DNA from: Caldisericota bacterium
Lineage (GTDB): Bacteria; Caldisericota; Caldisericia; UBA6126
Length of the DNA: 44,259 bases
Assembly (NCBI GenBank): GCA_003566815.1
Contig: PXBT01000214.1
Location: forward strand, 1-44,259
Reading direction: 5' to 3'
In this document: piece after piece, positions 32,743-41,447 of the stretch
How the letters are laid out: the number at the start of each line of letters is the position of its first letter
How positions within the stretch are numbered: position 1 is the first letter of the stretch
Position numbers and translations under genes: made by a program
The notes under the pieces: generated by a model
Databases searched by the model: none
What the model was told of the DNA's origin: nothing
What the model saw: the letters and a program-made list of their open reading frames with translations, nothing else

Positions 32743-35370
32743 TTATTGTTTTCTCTTTATAGCTGAATGAGCAGCCGCGACTCTGGCTACAGGAACTCTG
32801 AAAGGAGAGCAGCTCACATAGTCCAGTCCCACCTCATGGCAAAAATCAATGGAATCAGGATCTCCCCCATGTTCTCCGCAAATTCCTAGTTTTATCTTTT
32901 TGTTGACCTTTCTTCCTTCTTCCACTGCCAATTTTACCAGCTTTCCCACTCCAATTTTATCCAAAGTGATGAAGGGGTCTTCTTTGAGAATTTTCAGCTC
33001 AAGATATTCGGGTAGAAACTTGTTGATATCATCTCGCGAAAAACCATAAGTCATTTGGGTTAAATCGTTGGTGCCAAAGGAGAAAAACTCAGCAGTTTGA
33101 GCAATTTCGTCAGCAGTTAAAGCTGCTCTTGGAACCTCAATCATGGTGCCTATTAAATAGTTAATAGTAATTCCATATTCTTTCATAACTTCTCTGGCTG
33201 TTTCATCAATAATATCTTTTTGCATCTTGAACTCTTGATGAGTTCCCACCAAAGGAACCATTATTTCAGGCTCAATGTGCATGTTTTCATTTTTTGTCAA
33301 ATCGCATGCAGCCTGGATTATAGCTTTTGCCTGCATACGCGTTATTTCAGGAAAAGTAATACCCAGTCTGCATCCTCGATGCCCCAGCATAGGATTAACT
33401 TCTTTCAAATTTGCAATTTTAGCCTTTATTGTTTCAGGATGAGTGTCGAGTAATTTTGCTAATTCTATGATGTCTGTTTCTGATGAAGGCAAAAACTCAT
33501 GCAGAGGGGGATCCAGCAATCGAATCGTGACTGGAAGGTCTTTCATGGCTTTAAAAATACCTACAAAATCTTCTTTTTGCATGGGCAGAATTTTTTCCAA
33601 AGCTTTTTCGCGAACTTCCACTGAATCAGAAAGAATCATTTCTCTAACTGCTTTTATGCGATCGCCTTCAAAAAACATATGCTCAGTTCGACACAAACCT
33701 ATGCCTTCTGCGCCAAAAGATCTTGCCTGAAGGGCATCCCTGGGAGTATCCGCATTGGTCCTTACTTTTAAAGTTCGAAAAGCATCGGCCCATTGCAACA
33801 AAGCATCAAACTCATCGCCAATTTCAGGATCAATGACAGGCAAAGCACCCTTGAACACTTCTCCTGTTGATCCATCAATGCTGATAATATCTCCTTCTTT
33901 AATTTTTTCTCCTGTTTTGGAGGAAAATGTTTTTGTTTCTTCCACGATATGAATATCATCTGCGCCTGAAACGCAACACTTTCCCATTCCTCTTGCCACC
34001 ACTGCCGCATGAGAAGTCATGCCTCCCCTTGCAGTCAAAATGCCTCGAGCGCAATGCATGCCTTTGATATCTTCGGGAGAAGTCTCTTCGCGCACCAGAA
34101 TGACTTTTTCTCCTTTTTCTGCTTCTATTTCTGCGTCATCGGCGGTAAAAACCACTTTCCCAGTAGCAGCTCCAGGAGAAGCAGGAAGACCTTTGGCTAA
34201 AAGTACAAATTTGGTTTTTTCTTTTTCGTCAAAGCGTTGGTGAAGCAATTGGTTTACCTGGTCGGGATTGACCCTTAGAATAGCTTCTTCTTTTGTTAGA
34301 ATGCCTTCATGGTGCATGTCATGAGCGATTTTGATTGCTGCTGCGCCTGTTCTCTTGCCTTTTCGTGTTTGAAGCATATAGAGCTTTTCATTTTCAATCG
34401 TAAATTCTATATCCTGCATATCTCTATAATGCTTTTCGAGTCTCCGACAGGTATCCAAAAGCTGTTGATAAGCTTGAGACATTTTAGTTTCCAGTTCATG
34501 AATTTTTTTCGGGGTTCTGATGCCTGCCACAACATCCTCTCCCTGAGCTTTAAACAAAAACTCCCCGTACAATAACGGATTTCCTGTGGAGGGGTCTCTC
34601 GTAAAGCAAACTCCCGTGGCAGATCGTTCATTCAGATTGCCGAAAACCATACATTGCACATTTACGCCTGTACCTATCAGGCCTTCTATTTTGTTGAGCT
34701 TGCGATATACTTTGGCGCGCTCATTATTCCAGGATTTTACAACAGCATCAATGGATTCCATTAATTGAACCCAGGGATCCTGAGGAAAAGGTTTTCCTTT
34801 ATGGGTTACATAGAGCTCTTGAAAATCTTTGATAATTTCCTGCAAATCCTCCACGCTCAATTCATTATCCTGCGTAGCCCCTCTTTTAGCCTTGACTCTT
34901 TGAAGTATTTTTTCAAAATATTCATGCTTTATTTCATATACCACATTGCCAAACATTTGAAGCAATCTTCGATAGGAATCAAACACAAAGCGCTCTTTGG
35001 ATGGATCTTTTCCCCATTCTTTTACAATGACATCATTGAGCCCCAGGTTAAGAATCGTGTCCATCATACCTGGCATGCTTGCCACTGCTCCGGATCGTAC
35101 AGAAACCAACAAAGGATTTTGAGGATTTCCAAACCCTTTTTCAGTCTTTGTTTCAAGTTGCTGTAAATGGCTTTTCACTTCATCATCCAACTGCTCCGGA
35201 TACTGATGATTATGATCATAATAATATTTGCAGACTTCAGTTGAGATGGTAAAGCCCGGAGGCACAGGAATGCCCATGTGAGCCATTTCAGAAAGACCCG
35301 CGCCTTTTCCTCCAAGAATTTCTCTCATCTGACCTGAACCTTCTTCAAATTGATAAACATACTTTTTCAT
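32743..35370 (-). CDS. ppdK: Pyruvate, phosphate dikinase
   Basis: GGKGAGLSEM, the phosphohistidine loop GGMTSHAAVVARG, the PEP-utiliser TIM barrel (FFSFGTNDLTQ, CGEHGGDP). 875 aa. Confidence 0.95.
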   Translation of the reverse strand: MKKYVYQFEEGSGQMREILGGKGAGLSEMAHMGIPVPPGFTISTEVCKYYYDHNHQYPEQLDDEVKSHLQQLETKTEKGFGNPQNPLLVSVRSGAVASMPGMMDTILNLGLNDVIVKEWGKDPSKERFVFDSYRRLLQMFGNVVYEIKHEYFEKILQRVKAKRGATQDNELSVEDLQEIIKDFQELYVTHKGKPFPQDPWVQLMESIDAVVKSWNNERAKVYRKLNKIEGLIGTGVNVQCMVFGNLNERSATGVCFTRDPSTGNPLLYGEFLFKAQGEDVVAGIRTPKKIHELETKMSQAYQQLLDTCRRLEKHYRDMQDIEFTIENEKLYMLQTRKGKRTGAAAIKIAHDMHHEGILTKEEAILRVNPDQVNQLLHQRFDEKEKTKFVLLAKGLPASPGAATGKVVFTADDAEIEAEKGEKVILVREETSPEDIKGMHCARGILTARGGMTSHAAVVARGMGKCCVSGADDIHIVEETKTFSSKTGEKIKEGDIISIDGSTGEVFKGALPVIDPEIGDEFDALLQWADAFRTLKVRTNADTPRDALQARSFGAEGIGLCRTEHMFFEGDRIKAVREMILSDSVEVREKALEKILPMQKEDFVGIFKAMKDLPVTIRLLDPPLHEFLPSSETDIIELAKLLDTHPETIKAKIANLKEVNPMLGHRGCRLGITFPEITRMQAKAIIQAACDLTKNENMHIEPEIMVPLVGTHQEFKMQKDIIDETAREVMKEYGITINYLIGTMIEVPRAALTADEIAQTAEFFSFGTNDLTQMTYGFSRDDINKFLPEYLELKILKEDPFITLDKIGVGKLVKLAVEEGRKVNKKIKLGICGEHGGDPDSIDFCHEVGLDYVSCSPFRVPVARVAAAHSAIKRKQ

Positions 35371-37394
35371 AGTGTTTTTCCTCCTTCAAAAACAATTCTG
35401 GATAAATCAAAATATCTATTTATAAGCTGTTTTACAGCATATAACAGGCTACATCGATTTTTTCTGATATTTTCATCTTCGCTCATAACAAATACATGCT
35501 CAAAAAAATCTTCCACAGGCTGATTAAGCTCAAATAAATGATTCAGCATCTCCATATTCAATGCTGACAATTGATCCAACTTTGCTTCTATTCTTTTGAA
35601 GCTTTCATACAAGTTTCTTTCCTGATCCTCTTCAAGACTTTGAAATTGAACTTCATGTGCTGGTTTTTTCTTTACGATATTTTGTATGCGGGTATAGGAT
35701 TCACAAAGCGTACGAAATTCTTTTTTTTCTCCAACCTCGCTCAACAATTGGACCTTTTGGGCTATGTTTTTCGGGTTTTCCAGTTTGCTGACCATGGATG
35801 CCTGCACCATATCATATCTCCAATGCTGGCTTAAGTGAGCATAAACTTTTTGAGAAAACCATTCATCCACAATGCTGATAAATTTTTCCTTATCCATGGA
35901 TAAATTTAAATCACTTTCTTTATAAGCTTCATAGCAAGATTCAAAAAGCATTTTGGGTTCAAAAGGAAGCGTGCAATGGGTAAAAATTCGTATCAAGCCA
36001 TTCAAGCATCTTCGCAGTCCCATAGGATCCACTGAGCCCGAAAAAGGAATATTCCATCCTGCGGCTCCTGAAAGAGTATCAGCCCTATCCAGCGCTCCAG
36101 CCAAAACAGCCAGTTCATTATGCGGCAATGGATCTCCTTCAGATCGAGGATGATAGTGATCTTGTATTGCATCAGCAACTTCGTGTGCAACTTTTTCATT
36201 TTCTGCATAAATCCGCCCCAAAACCCCCTGGAGCTCAGGCAGTTCAGCCACAAGTGATGTTGAAAGATCATTTTTCATCAACAACAAGACTTGCTTCAAG
36301 AGAGGGTACTGACTTTCAAGGTGTAATATTTCCGCAATTTTGACAAGTCGATGGACTTTATCATATATACTTCCTATTTGTTCCATAAATATCATGGATT
36401 TTAGCTTTTCAAGGCCTTCAGACAGTGGTGTTTTCATATCCTGTTCATAAAAATACTTTGCATCATTAAGTCGAGCAGTGATCACTTTTTCAAAACCTTT
36501 TCTCACAAGGTTTTTATCTTTTTGACCATTCATAACCAGCAAAAACCCTTTGATGCTTTTATCCTCCCTTGATTTTTCCCGGGGGAAGCATTTCATCTGG
36601 TTGGAAATAACTGTATATACTATTTCATGAGGCAATCCTGAAAAACTTGAAGGGGCTGCAGCCTCAAGAACAAAAGGGCTCTCTGTTCGATTTGCATTTT
36701 CTTCCACCAACTGAGGATCTGCGTTTAAAGGTAGATGCCTTCTTATAAGATCAATTCGATCCTGCATGTCAAGAATCAATTGATGTTCTTTCATTTTATT
36801 CCAATAATCTTCCGCACTTTGAATGGGTATCTCTTCCTGCCCGTGCAATCCTCGAACAAATGACTCAGATTTAACCCCAAGCAACTCAAGGGGCAACAAC
36901 AGTGAGTCATAATAGGCGCAAATCCACCGAACCGGTCGAATAAATGAATAATTTCCCCATCGCATCTTTTTTTTAAATGGAAACCGAAGAATATACTCTG
37001 CAAAGACCTGAGTAAAAAAAGTAGCAACATTCATGTTGTCAAGGGTTACAGTGGCATAACAGTAAGCTCCCTGTGGTGTTTCTTCCTGATGCCACTGATC
37101 AGTCCCGCATCTGCTGAGAAATCCTTTCAAAGCCTGGGTTGGATTGCCTTTATCGTCCAAAGCTATTCGAAGAGGAGGTCCTTTAACTTTTTGAGTTTCT
37201 GCGGTTTGTTGTTCTTTTAAGCCTTGAGCTGAAAAAACCATCCGCCTTGGAGAAAGATGCACCTTTGATTCATCATGTTCCCATCGATGCTGTTTTAAAA
37301 AAGAAGCAAAAGATTGATCCAGCTCAATATTGAGATCTTTCATAACAGAAGAGGGCATTTCCTCCACCCCTATTTCAATGATCAGTTGCTTCAT
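35367..37394 (-). CDS. glyS: Glycine--tRNA ligase beta subunit
   Basis: N-terminus MKQLIIEIGVEEMP, typical of GlyS. The start is re-set to ATG 37394 (AGGAG SD inside the glyQ 3' end; 20-nt overlap). ATGA overlap of its stop with the ppdK start. Confidence 0.9.
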   Translation of the reverse strand: MKQLIIEIGVEEMPSSVMKDLNIELDQSFASFLKQHRWEHDESKVHLSPRRMVFSAQGLKEQQTAETQKVKGPPLRIALDDKGNPTQALKGFLSRCGTDQWHQEETPQGAYCYATVTLDNMNVATFFTQVFAEYILRFPFKKKMRWGNYSFIRPVRWICAYYDSLLLPLELLGVKSESFVRGLHGQEEIPIQSAEDYWNKMKEHQLILDMQDRIDLIRRHLPLNADPQLVEENANRTESPFVLEAAAPSSFSGLPHEIVYTVISNQMKCFPREKSREDKSIKGFLLVMNGQKDKNLVRKGFEKVITARLNDAKYFYEQDMKTPLSEGLEKLKSMIFMEQIGSIYDKVHRLVKIAEILHLESQYPLLKQVLLLMKNDLSTSLVAELPELQGVLGRIYAENEKVAHEVADAIQDHYHPRSEGDPLPHNELAVLAGALDRADTLSGAAGWNIPFSGSVDPMGLRRCLNGLIRIFTHCTLPFEPKMLFESCYEAYKESDLNLSMDKEKFISIVDEWFSQKVYAHLSQHWRYDMVQASMVSKLENPKNIAQKVQLLSEVGEKKEFRTLCESYTRIQNIVKKKPAHEVQFQSLEEDQERNLYESFKRIEAKLDQLSALNMEMLNHLFELNQPVEDFFEHVFVMSEDENIRKNRCSLLYAVKQLINRYFDLSRIVFEGGKTL

Positions 37395-38235
37395 TCCGCT
37401 CTCCTTCAAGAAATTTAAGGGTGCACTGTTTGACCAATTTCCTTATGATTCCAAGATATCGGGCTCGTTCAGAGGTCGAAAGTGAACCACGAGTATCCAA
37501 TAAATTAAAAAGATGAGAACATTTCAGGGCATATTCATATGCCGGGTGGATTAACTGCTGTTCAATGCAGTGCCATGCTTCACTCTGACATTGATCGAAC
37601 ATGTTGAAAAGAAATTCTGGTCTTGAAAACTCATGGCAATAGGCGGACTGTTCTTTTTCATCCATTATTCTAAGGTCGCCATAAGTGTCAAGTCTGCCCG
37701 CCTGCATATCATAAACAGAATCCTTGTCCTGAATGTAAAGCGCCAGACGTTCAATGCCATAAGTAATTTCAACTGCAGGATCCTTGAGGTCCACTCCTCC
37801 CGCCTGCTGAAAATAAGTAAATTGCGTAATTTCCATGCCATCCAGCCATACTTCCCAGCCTACCCCCCATGCGCCAAGCGTGGGAGCTTCCCAATTATCT
37901 TCAATAAACCTTATGTCATGATCTTTTGCAAAAATTCCCAGAGCTTCGAGGCTTTTCAAATAAATGGATTGAATATCGTCCGGAACAGGCTTGACAATCA
38001 CCTGCATTTGCAAATGCTTGTATACCCGATTGGGGTTGTTGGCATATCTTCCATCCGTAGGTCGCCTGGAGGGTTGAATATAACAAATACTTGCCGGGCG
38101 TTTTGACAGTACTCTGAAAAAAGTATGCGGAGCCATGGTTCCTGCTCCCACTTCCATATCAAAAGCAGGCAATATCGTGCATCCAAACTGCTCCCAGTAG
38201 TTTTCCAATTTGAATATCAATGAAGACAGGTTCAT
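37375..38235 (-). CDS. glyQ: Glycine--tRNA ligase alpha subunit
   Basis: Highly conserved GlyQ sequence (FGCTILPAFDMEVGAGTMAP, IQPSRRPTDGRY, WGVGWEVWLDGMEITQFTYFQQ). Confidence 0.95.
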   Translation of the reverse strand: MNLSSLIFKLENYWEQFGCTILPAFDMEVGAGTMAPHTFFRVLSKRPASICYIQPSRRPTDGRYANNPNRVYKHLQMQVIVKPVPDDIQSIYLKSLEALGIFAKDHDIRFIEDNWEAPTLGAWGVGWEVWLDGMEITQFTYFQQAGGVDLKDPAVEITYGIERLALYIQDKDSVYDMQAGRLDTYGDLRIMDEKEQSAYCHEFSRPEFLFNMFDQCQSEAWHCIEQQLIHPAYEYALKCSHLFNLLDTRGSLSTSERARYLGIIRKLVKQCTLKFLEGERNEATDH

Positions 38236-38238
38236 AAA

Positions 38239-38700
38239 CTATTCTTCTTTTTTGAATAAAAGTTCAACGATAGTGATTCTTTCAATAAATCCCACCAATT
38301 TTTTTTCTTCAACCACAGGAAGCTGTTTTACTCTTTGCTTATACATTATTTCCGCAGCATAAAATACAGGTCGATCTGGGTGTATAGTGATGGGCTGATC
38401 ATTCATAACTTCCTTTACTCTCGTGCCAATCATTTTGCTATATTCCTTCATCATTTCCTGACTTGATTCATAGGAACCATGAGGCCAGAGAGTAAAAATT
38501 CGTATGCCTGTCGCCTTGATTAGCAAATCCCCCTGGGTAATCATTCCTACGATGTCCCCATTGTCATCACACACGGGAAGCCCATTAATATGATTTTTTA
38601 CCATCAATGCAGCAGCTTCTTCCACTAAAGCATCCTGGTGGATAAAGAAAATTTCCTTGTTCATTATATCTTTAACAGGTAAATTTAAATTTAATGACAT
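38239..38700 (-). CDS. CBS domain pair protein
   Basis: Two CBS motifs (VKDIMNKEIFFI...NGLPV...GMITQGDL and VKEVMNDQPITI...QLPVVEEKKLVGFI). It ends 3 nt upstream of glyQ. Confidence 0.85.
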   Translation of the reverse strand: MSLNLNLPVKDIMNKEIFFIHQDALVEEAAALMVKNHINGLPVCDDNGDIVGMITQGDLLIKATGIRIFTLWPHGSYESSQEMMKEYSKMIGTRVKEVMNDQPITIHPDRPVFYAAEIMYKQRVKQLPVVEEKKLVGFIERITIVELLFKKEE

Positions 38701-38879
38701 AAAATACCACCCCTTTTTTTAAACTATACTATATTTTTTACTTTTCTATTTTACTTTTTTCGAGGTTGGTTGTATATAGGTTCATTATGTTTTGAAAATT
38801 TAAAAAGGCCAGGAGATTATTATTAAAGATTTGCATTCTCTGGATATTCGATTAAACTTTTTCAATGCAACAGGATTGT

Positions 38880-38955
38880 GGGCCTGTGGCGCAGCTGGGA
38901 GCGCGCCTGCATGGCATGCAGGAGGTCACGAGTTCAAATCTCGTCAGGTCCACCA
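38880..38955 (+). tRNA. tRNA-Ala (anticodon GGC), CCA encoded
   Basis: Acceptor GGGCCTG/CAGGTCC with the G3:U70 alanine identity pair. Anticodon stem CCTGC/GCAGG with loop ATGGCAT. T-arm ACGAG-TTCAAAT-CTCGT. ACCA end. Confidence 0.9.
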
Positions 38956-38995
38956 TTTCTTATATAAAACCCCATTCTAAAGGCAGGTAAAAGCA

Positions 38996-41353
38996 ATGAA
39001 AACCCTTATTTTGACCGAAAAACCCTCAGTTGCAAGAGACATTGCCAGGTCTTTGGGTGATTTTGAAAAAAATGAGCAATATCTAAGCTCTTCAGAATAT
39101 ATTATTACCTGGGCTTTTGGCCACCTCCTCGAACTATCAGAACCTGAAGACTATGACAAAAGTTACAAATTTTGGACCTTGCAAAAACTACCCATTATTC
39201 CAGAAAAATTTTCGTGGAAACCTATTGCTAAAACTGAAAAACAACTCAAACAAATCGCAAGCCTCATCAAAAAAAAAGAGGTAAAAACTGTTATAAATGC
39301 ATGTGACGCAGGCAGAGAGGGTGAGCTGATATTTAGAAACATCTTTGAATATAGCCAAAGTAAAAAGAAGCATCAACGCTTATGGCTTTCCTCCATGACC
39401 TCTGAAGCTATCAGCACAGCTTTTCAGAAGGTTCGTTCAGGAGAAGATTTTGATGATCTGGCTCAAGCTGCCAAATGCAGATCGGAAGCTGATTGGATGG
39501 TGGGAATCAATGCCACCCGAGCAGTTACTCGTCGCATGGGCGACCTTTTTTCCCTCGGTCGTGTTCAAACTCCCACTTTAGCAATTCTGGTGGATCGGGA
39601 AATTGAAATTCGCCAATTCATCCCTCGTTCTTTTTTTGAAATTGAGGCTCAGTTCAAGGCTGAAAAAATTATCTTTGAAGGAAAATGGCTGAACCCTGAT
39701 CCCAAAGAATCTTCACAACGCCATGAAATCGCTGACAAAACAACTGCAGAAAAAATTGTCAAAAAAATCGAAGGAAAAACTGGCTACATACAAAAAATTA
39801 CCCGCAAATCGGTCAAAGAACAGCACCCTCTGCTCTTTGACTTGACGGATTTGCAACGAGAAGCCAATCGTCGCTTTGGGTTAACCGCCAATAAAACCCT
39901 TTCCATTGCTCAATTCTTGTACGAAGAAAAAAAACTGCTGACTTATCCACGAACAGACAGTCGATATCTACCCTCAGATATGGAGAAGGAATTGCCCCAA
40001 ATTTTAAAGGCATTGTCTCATAGCTCATCGTTTGCCCCTCTCGTGAATAAAGCACAAGTCAGTCCAAAAAAACAAGGCAAAAGAGTTATTGACGACAAAA
40101 AAGTTTCCGACCATTTTGCCATCATTCCCACTAAAGAAAGACCTGATCTATCTCGACTTGATGCCACTGAATTAAAAGTTTACGATTTGGTGGTCCGTCG
40201 GTTTTTGTCTATCTTTTTTGATCCCGCGGAATATAAAGAATCAACTGTCCTTACTGAGATTGAAAATGAACTTTTTGAAAGCAAAGAAAAGATCCTTGTT
40301 CAGCCTGGTTATCGAATAGTTTACGGAGAAGAAGCCAAAACGCTTCACCTTGCTGGTCTTGAAAAAAATCAATCCGCAAAAACTCTTGCTACAAACACTG
40401 AAGAAAAAGAAACCAAACCTCGACCTCGATTTTCAGAAGCAACCCTCTTGACTGCCATGCAAACTGCAGGCAAATGGGTGGAAGAGGAAGAACTCAAAGA
40501 GGCTATTCAGGAGAAGGGTTTGGGCACCCCGGCAACGCGTGCCCAGATTATTGAACGACTGATACGCGTTCAATATTGCGAAAGAGTAGGTAAAGAGCTC
40601 GCCCCAACAGAAAAGGGAATGTTTTTAATACAACTACTCAAAACCGTCCCCATCCCCGAACTTTCTTCCCCTGAGCTTACGGGGATATGGGAAAAAAAAT
40701 TAATTGAAATTGAAAAAAAACAACTCTCTTCATCAAAATTTAAAAAAGAACTGATTCTTTTTACGGAAAATATAGTGGAAAAAATAAAAAAGGCTGACTT
40801 TGATGCCATGGAAGGAGCTGAAGTAGGCCCATGCCCTCAATGCAAGGCTCAAGTTACTGAGCGGGGAAGAAGTTTTCAATGCTCCAAAAAATGCGGCTTT
40901 AAATTCTCCAAACGCATCCTTTCAGGAGAGATCACTTGCGATATGGCCAAAGAGTTGTTGTCTGAAGGCAAAATAAGTCAACCTGCATGGTTCAAATCCC
41001 AACAAGGCAAAAAATTTCAAGCCTATTTAAAACTGGAAAAGAACGAAATCAAATTTGAATTTATAGATTACACAAAAATTGTTAATGATGAATCTTGTGG
41101 TTCCTGCCCCAAATGCAATGAATCTGTGCTTGAAAAAGTAAGCGCCTTTGAATGTTGTAATGAAAAATGTACTTTCAGGATCAGCAAAAAAATCTTGAGT
41201 AAAACCATTTCAAGAAAAAATATTGAAGATCTGCTTGAGCATAAAAAAACAAGCAAAAAGTTGTCAGGTTTCTGGTCAAAAAAAAGAAAGCCCTTTTCAG
41301 CTTATTTAATCCTGAAAGAAGATGGAAGTTTGGGTTTTGATTTCAGTCCTTAA
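38996..41353 (+). CDS. topB: DNA topoisomerase III (type IA), with two C-terminal zinc-ribbon plus topoisomerase C-terminal repeat units
   Basis: TOPRIM start MKTLILTEKPSVARDIA, AFGHLLEL, DAGREGE, and active-site Tyr context LTYPRTDSRYL. The C-terminus carries CPQCKA...CSKKCGF...FKSQQGKKFQAYLKL and CPKCNE...CCNEKCTF...FWSKKRKPFSAYLIL. Confidence 0.88.
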   Translation: MKTLILTEKPSVARDIARSLGDFEKNEQYLSSSEYIITWAFGHLLELSEPEDYDKSYKFWTLQKLPIIPEKFSWKPIAKTEKQLKQIASLIKKKEVKTVINACDAGREGELIFRNIFEYSQSKKKHQRLWLSSMTSEAISTAFQKVRSGEDFDDLAQAAKCRSEADWMVGINATRAVTRRMGDLFSLGRVQTPTLAILVDREIEIRQFIPRSFFEIEAQFKAEKIIFEGKWLNPDPKESSQRHEIADKTTAEKIVKKIEGKTGYIQKITRKSVKEQHPLLFDLTDLQREANRRFGLTANKTLSIAQFLYEEKKLLTYPRTDSRYLPSDMEKELPQILKALSHSSSFAPLVNKAQVSPKKQGKRVIDDKKVSDHFAIIPTKERPDLSRLDATELKVYDLVVRRFLSIFFDPAEYKESTVLTEIENELFESKEKILVQPGYRIVYGEEAKTLHLAGLEKNQSAKTLATNTEEKETKPRPRFSEATLLTAMQTAGKWVEEEELKEAIQEKGLGTPATRAQIIERLIRVQYCERVGKELAPTEKGMFLIQLLKTVPIPELSSPELTGIWEKKLIEIEKKQLSSSKFKKELILFTENIVEKIKKADFDAMEGAEVGPCPQCKAQVTERGRSFQCSKKCGFKFSKRILSGEITCDMAKELLSEGKISQPAWFKSQQGKKFQAYLKLEKNEIKFEFIDYTKIVNDESCGSCPKCNESVLEKVSAFECCNEKCTFRISKKILSKTISRKNIEDLLEHKKTSKKLSGFWSKKRKPFSAYLILKEDGSLGFDFSP

Positions 41354-41369
41354 TTTTAGCTATTTTTTC

Positions 41370-41397
41370 TTGACAATCAGACAAAAATTACTATGAT
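41370..41397 (+). promoter_or_regulatory. Sigma-70-type promoter for the S8 peptidase gene (TTGACA-16 nt-TATGAT)
   Basis: TTGACA at 41370-41375 and TATGAT at 41392-41397, about 50 nt upstream of ATG 41448, which has an AGGGAGG SD. Confidence 0.5.
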
Positions 41398-41447
41398 TTG
41401 CACTGAATAGTTTTGGTAATTATTTTGGTTTTTTTAGGGAGGACCGC

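Noticed and set aside
38701-38725. A GGGGTGGTA motif resembling the conserved T-box sequence, upstream of the CBS-glyQS genes.
   Set aside because: It sits directly at SD distance from the CBS gene ATG. The remaining leader is almost pure A/T, with no Stem I, GGC specifier loop, AG bulge or terminator/antiterminator alternative visible by eye.
38880-41447. tRNA-Ala followed by topB, considered as the edge of an integrative or conjugative element.
   Set aside because: There is no integrase next to the tRNA, and no direct repeat of the tRNA 3' end downstream within the window. topB shares the local low-GC composition. Only the following S8 gene looks compositionally odd, and it is reported separately.
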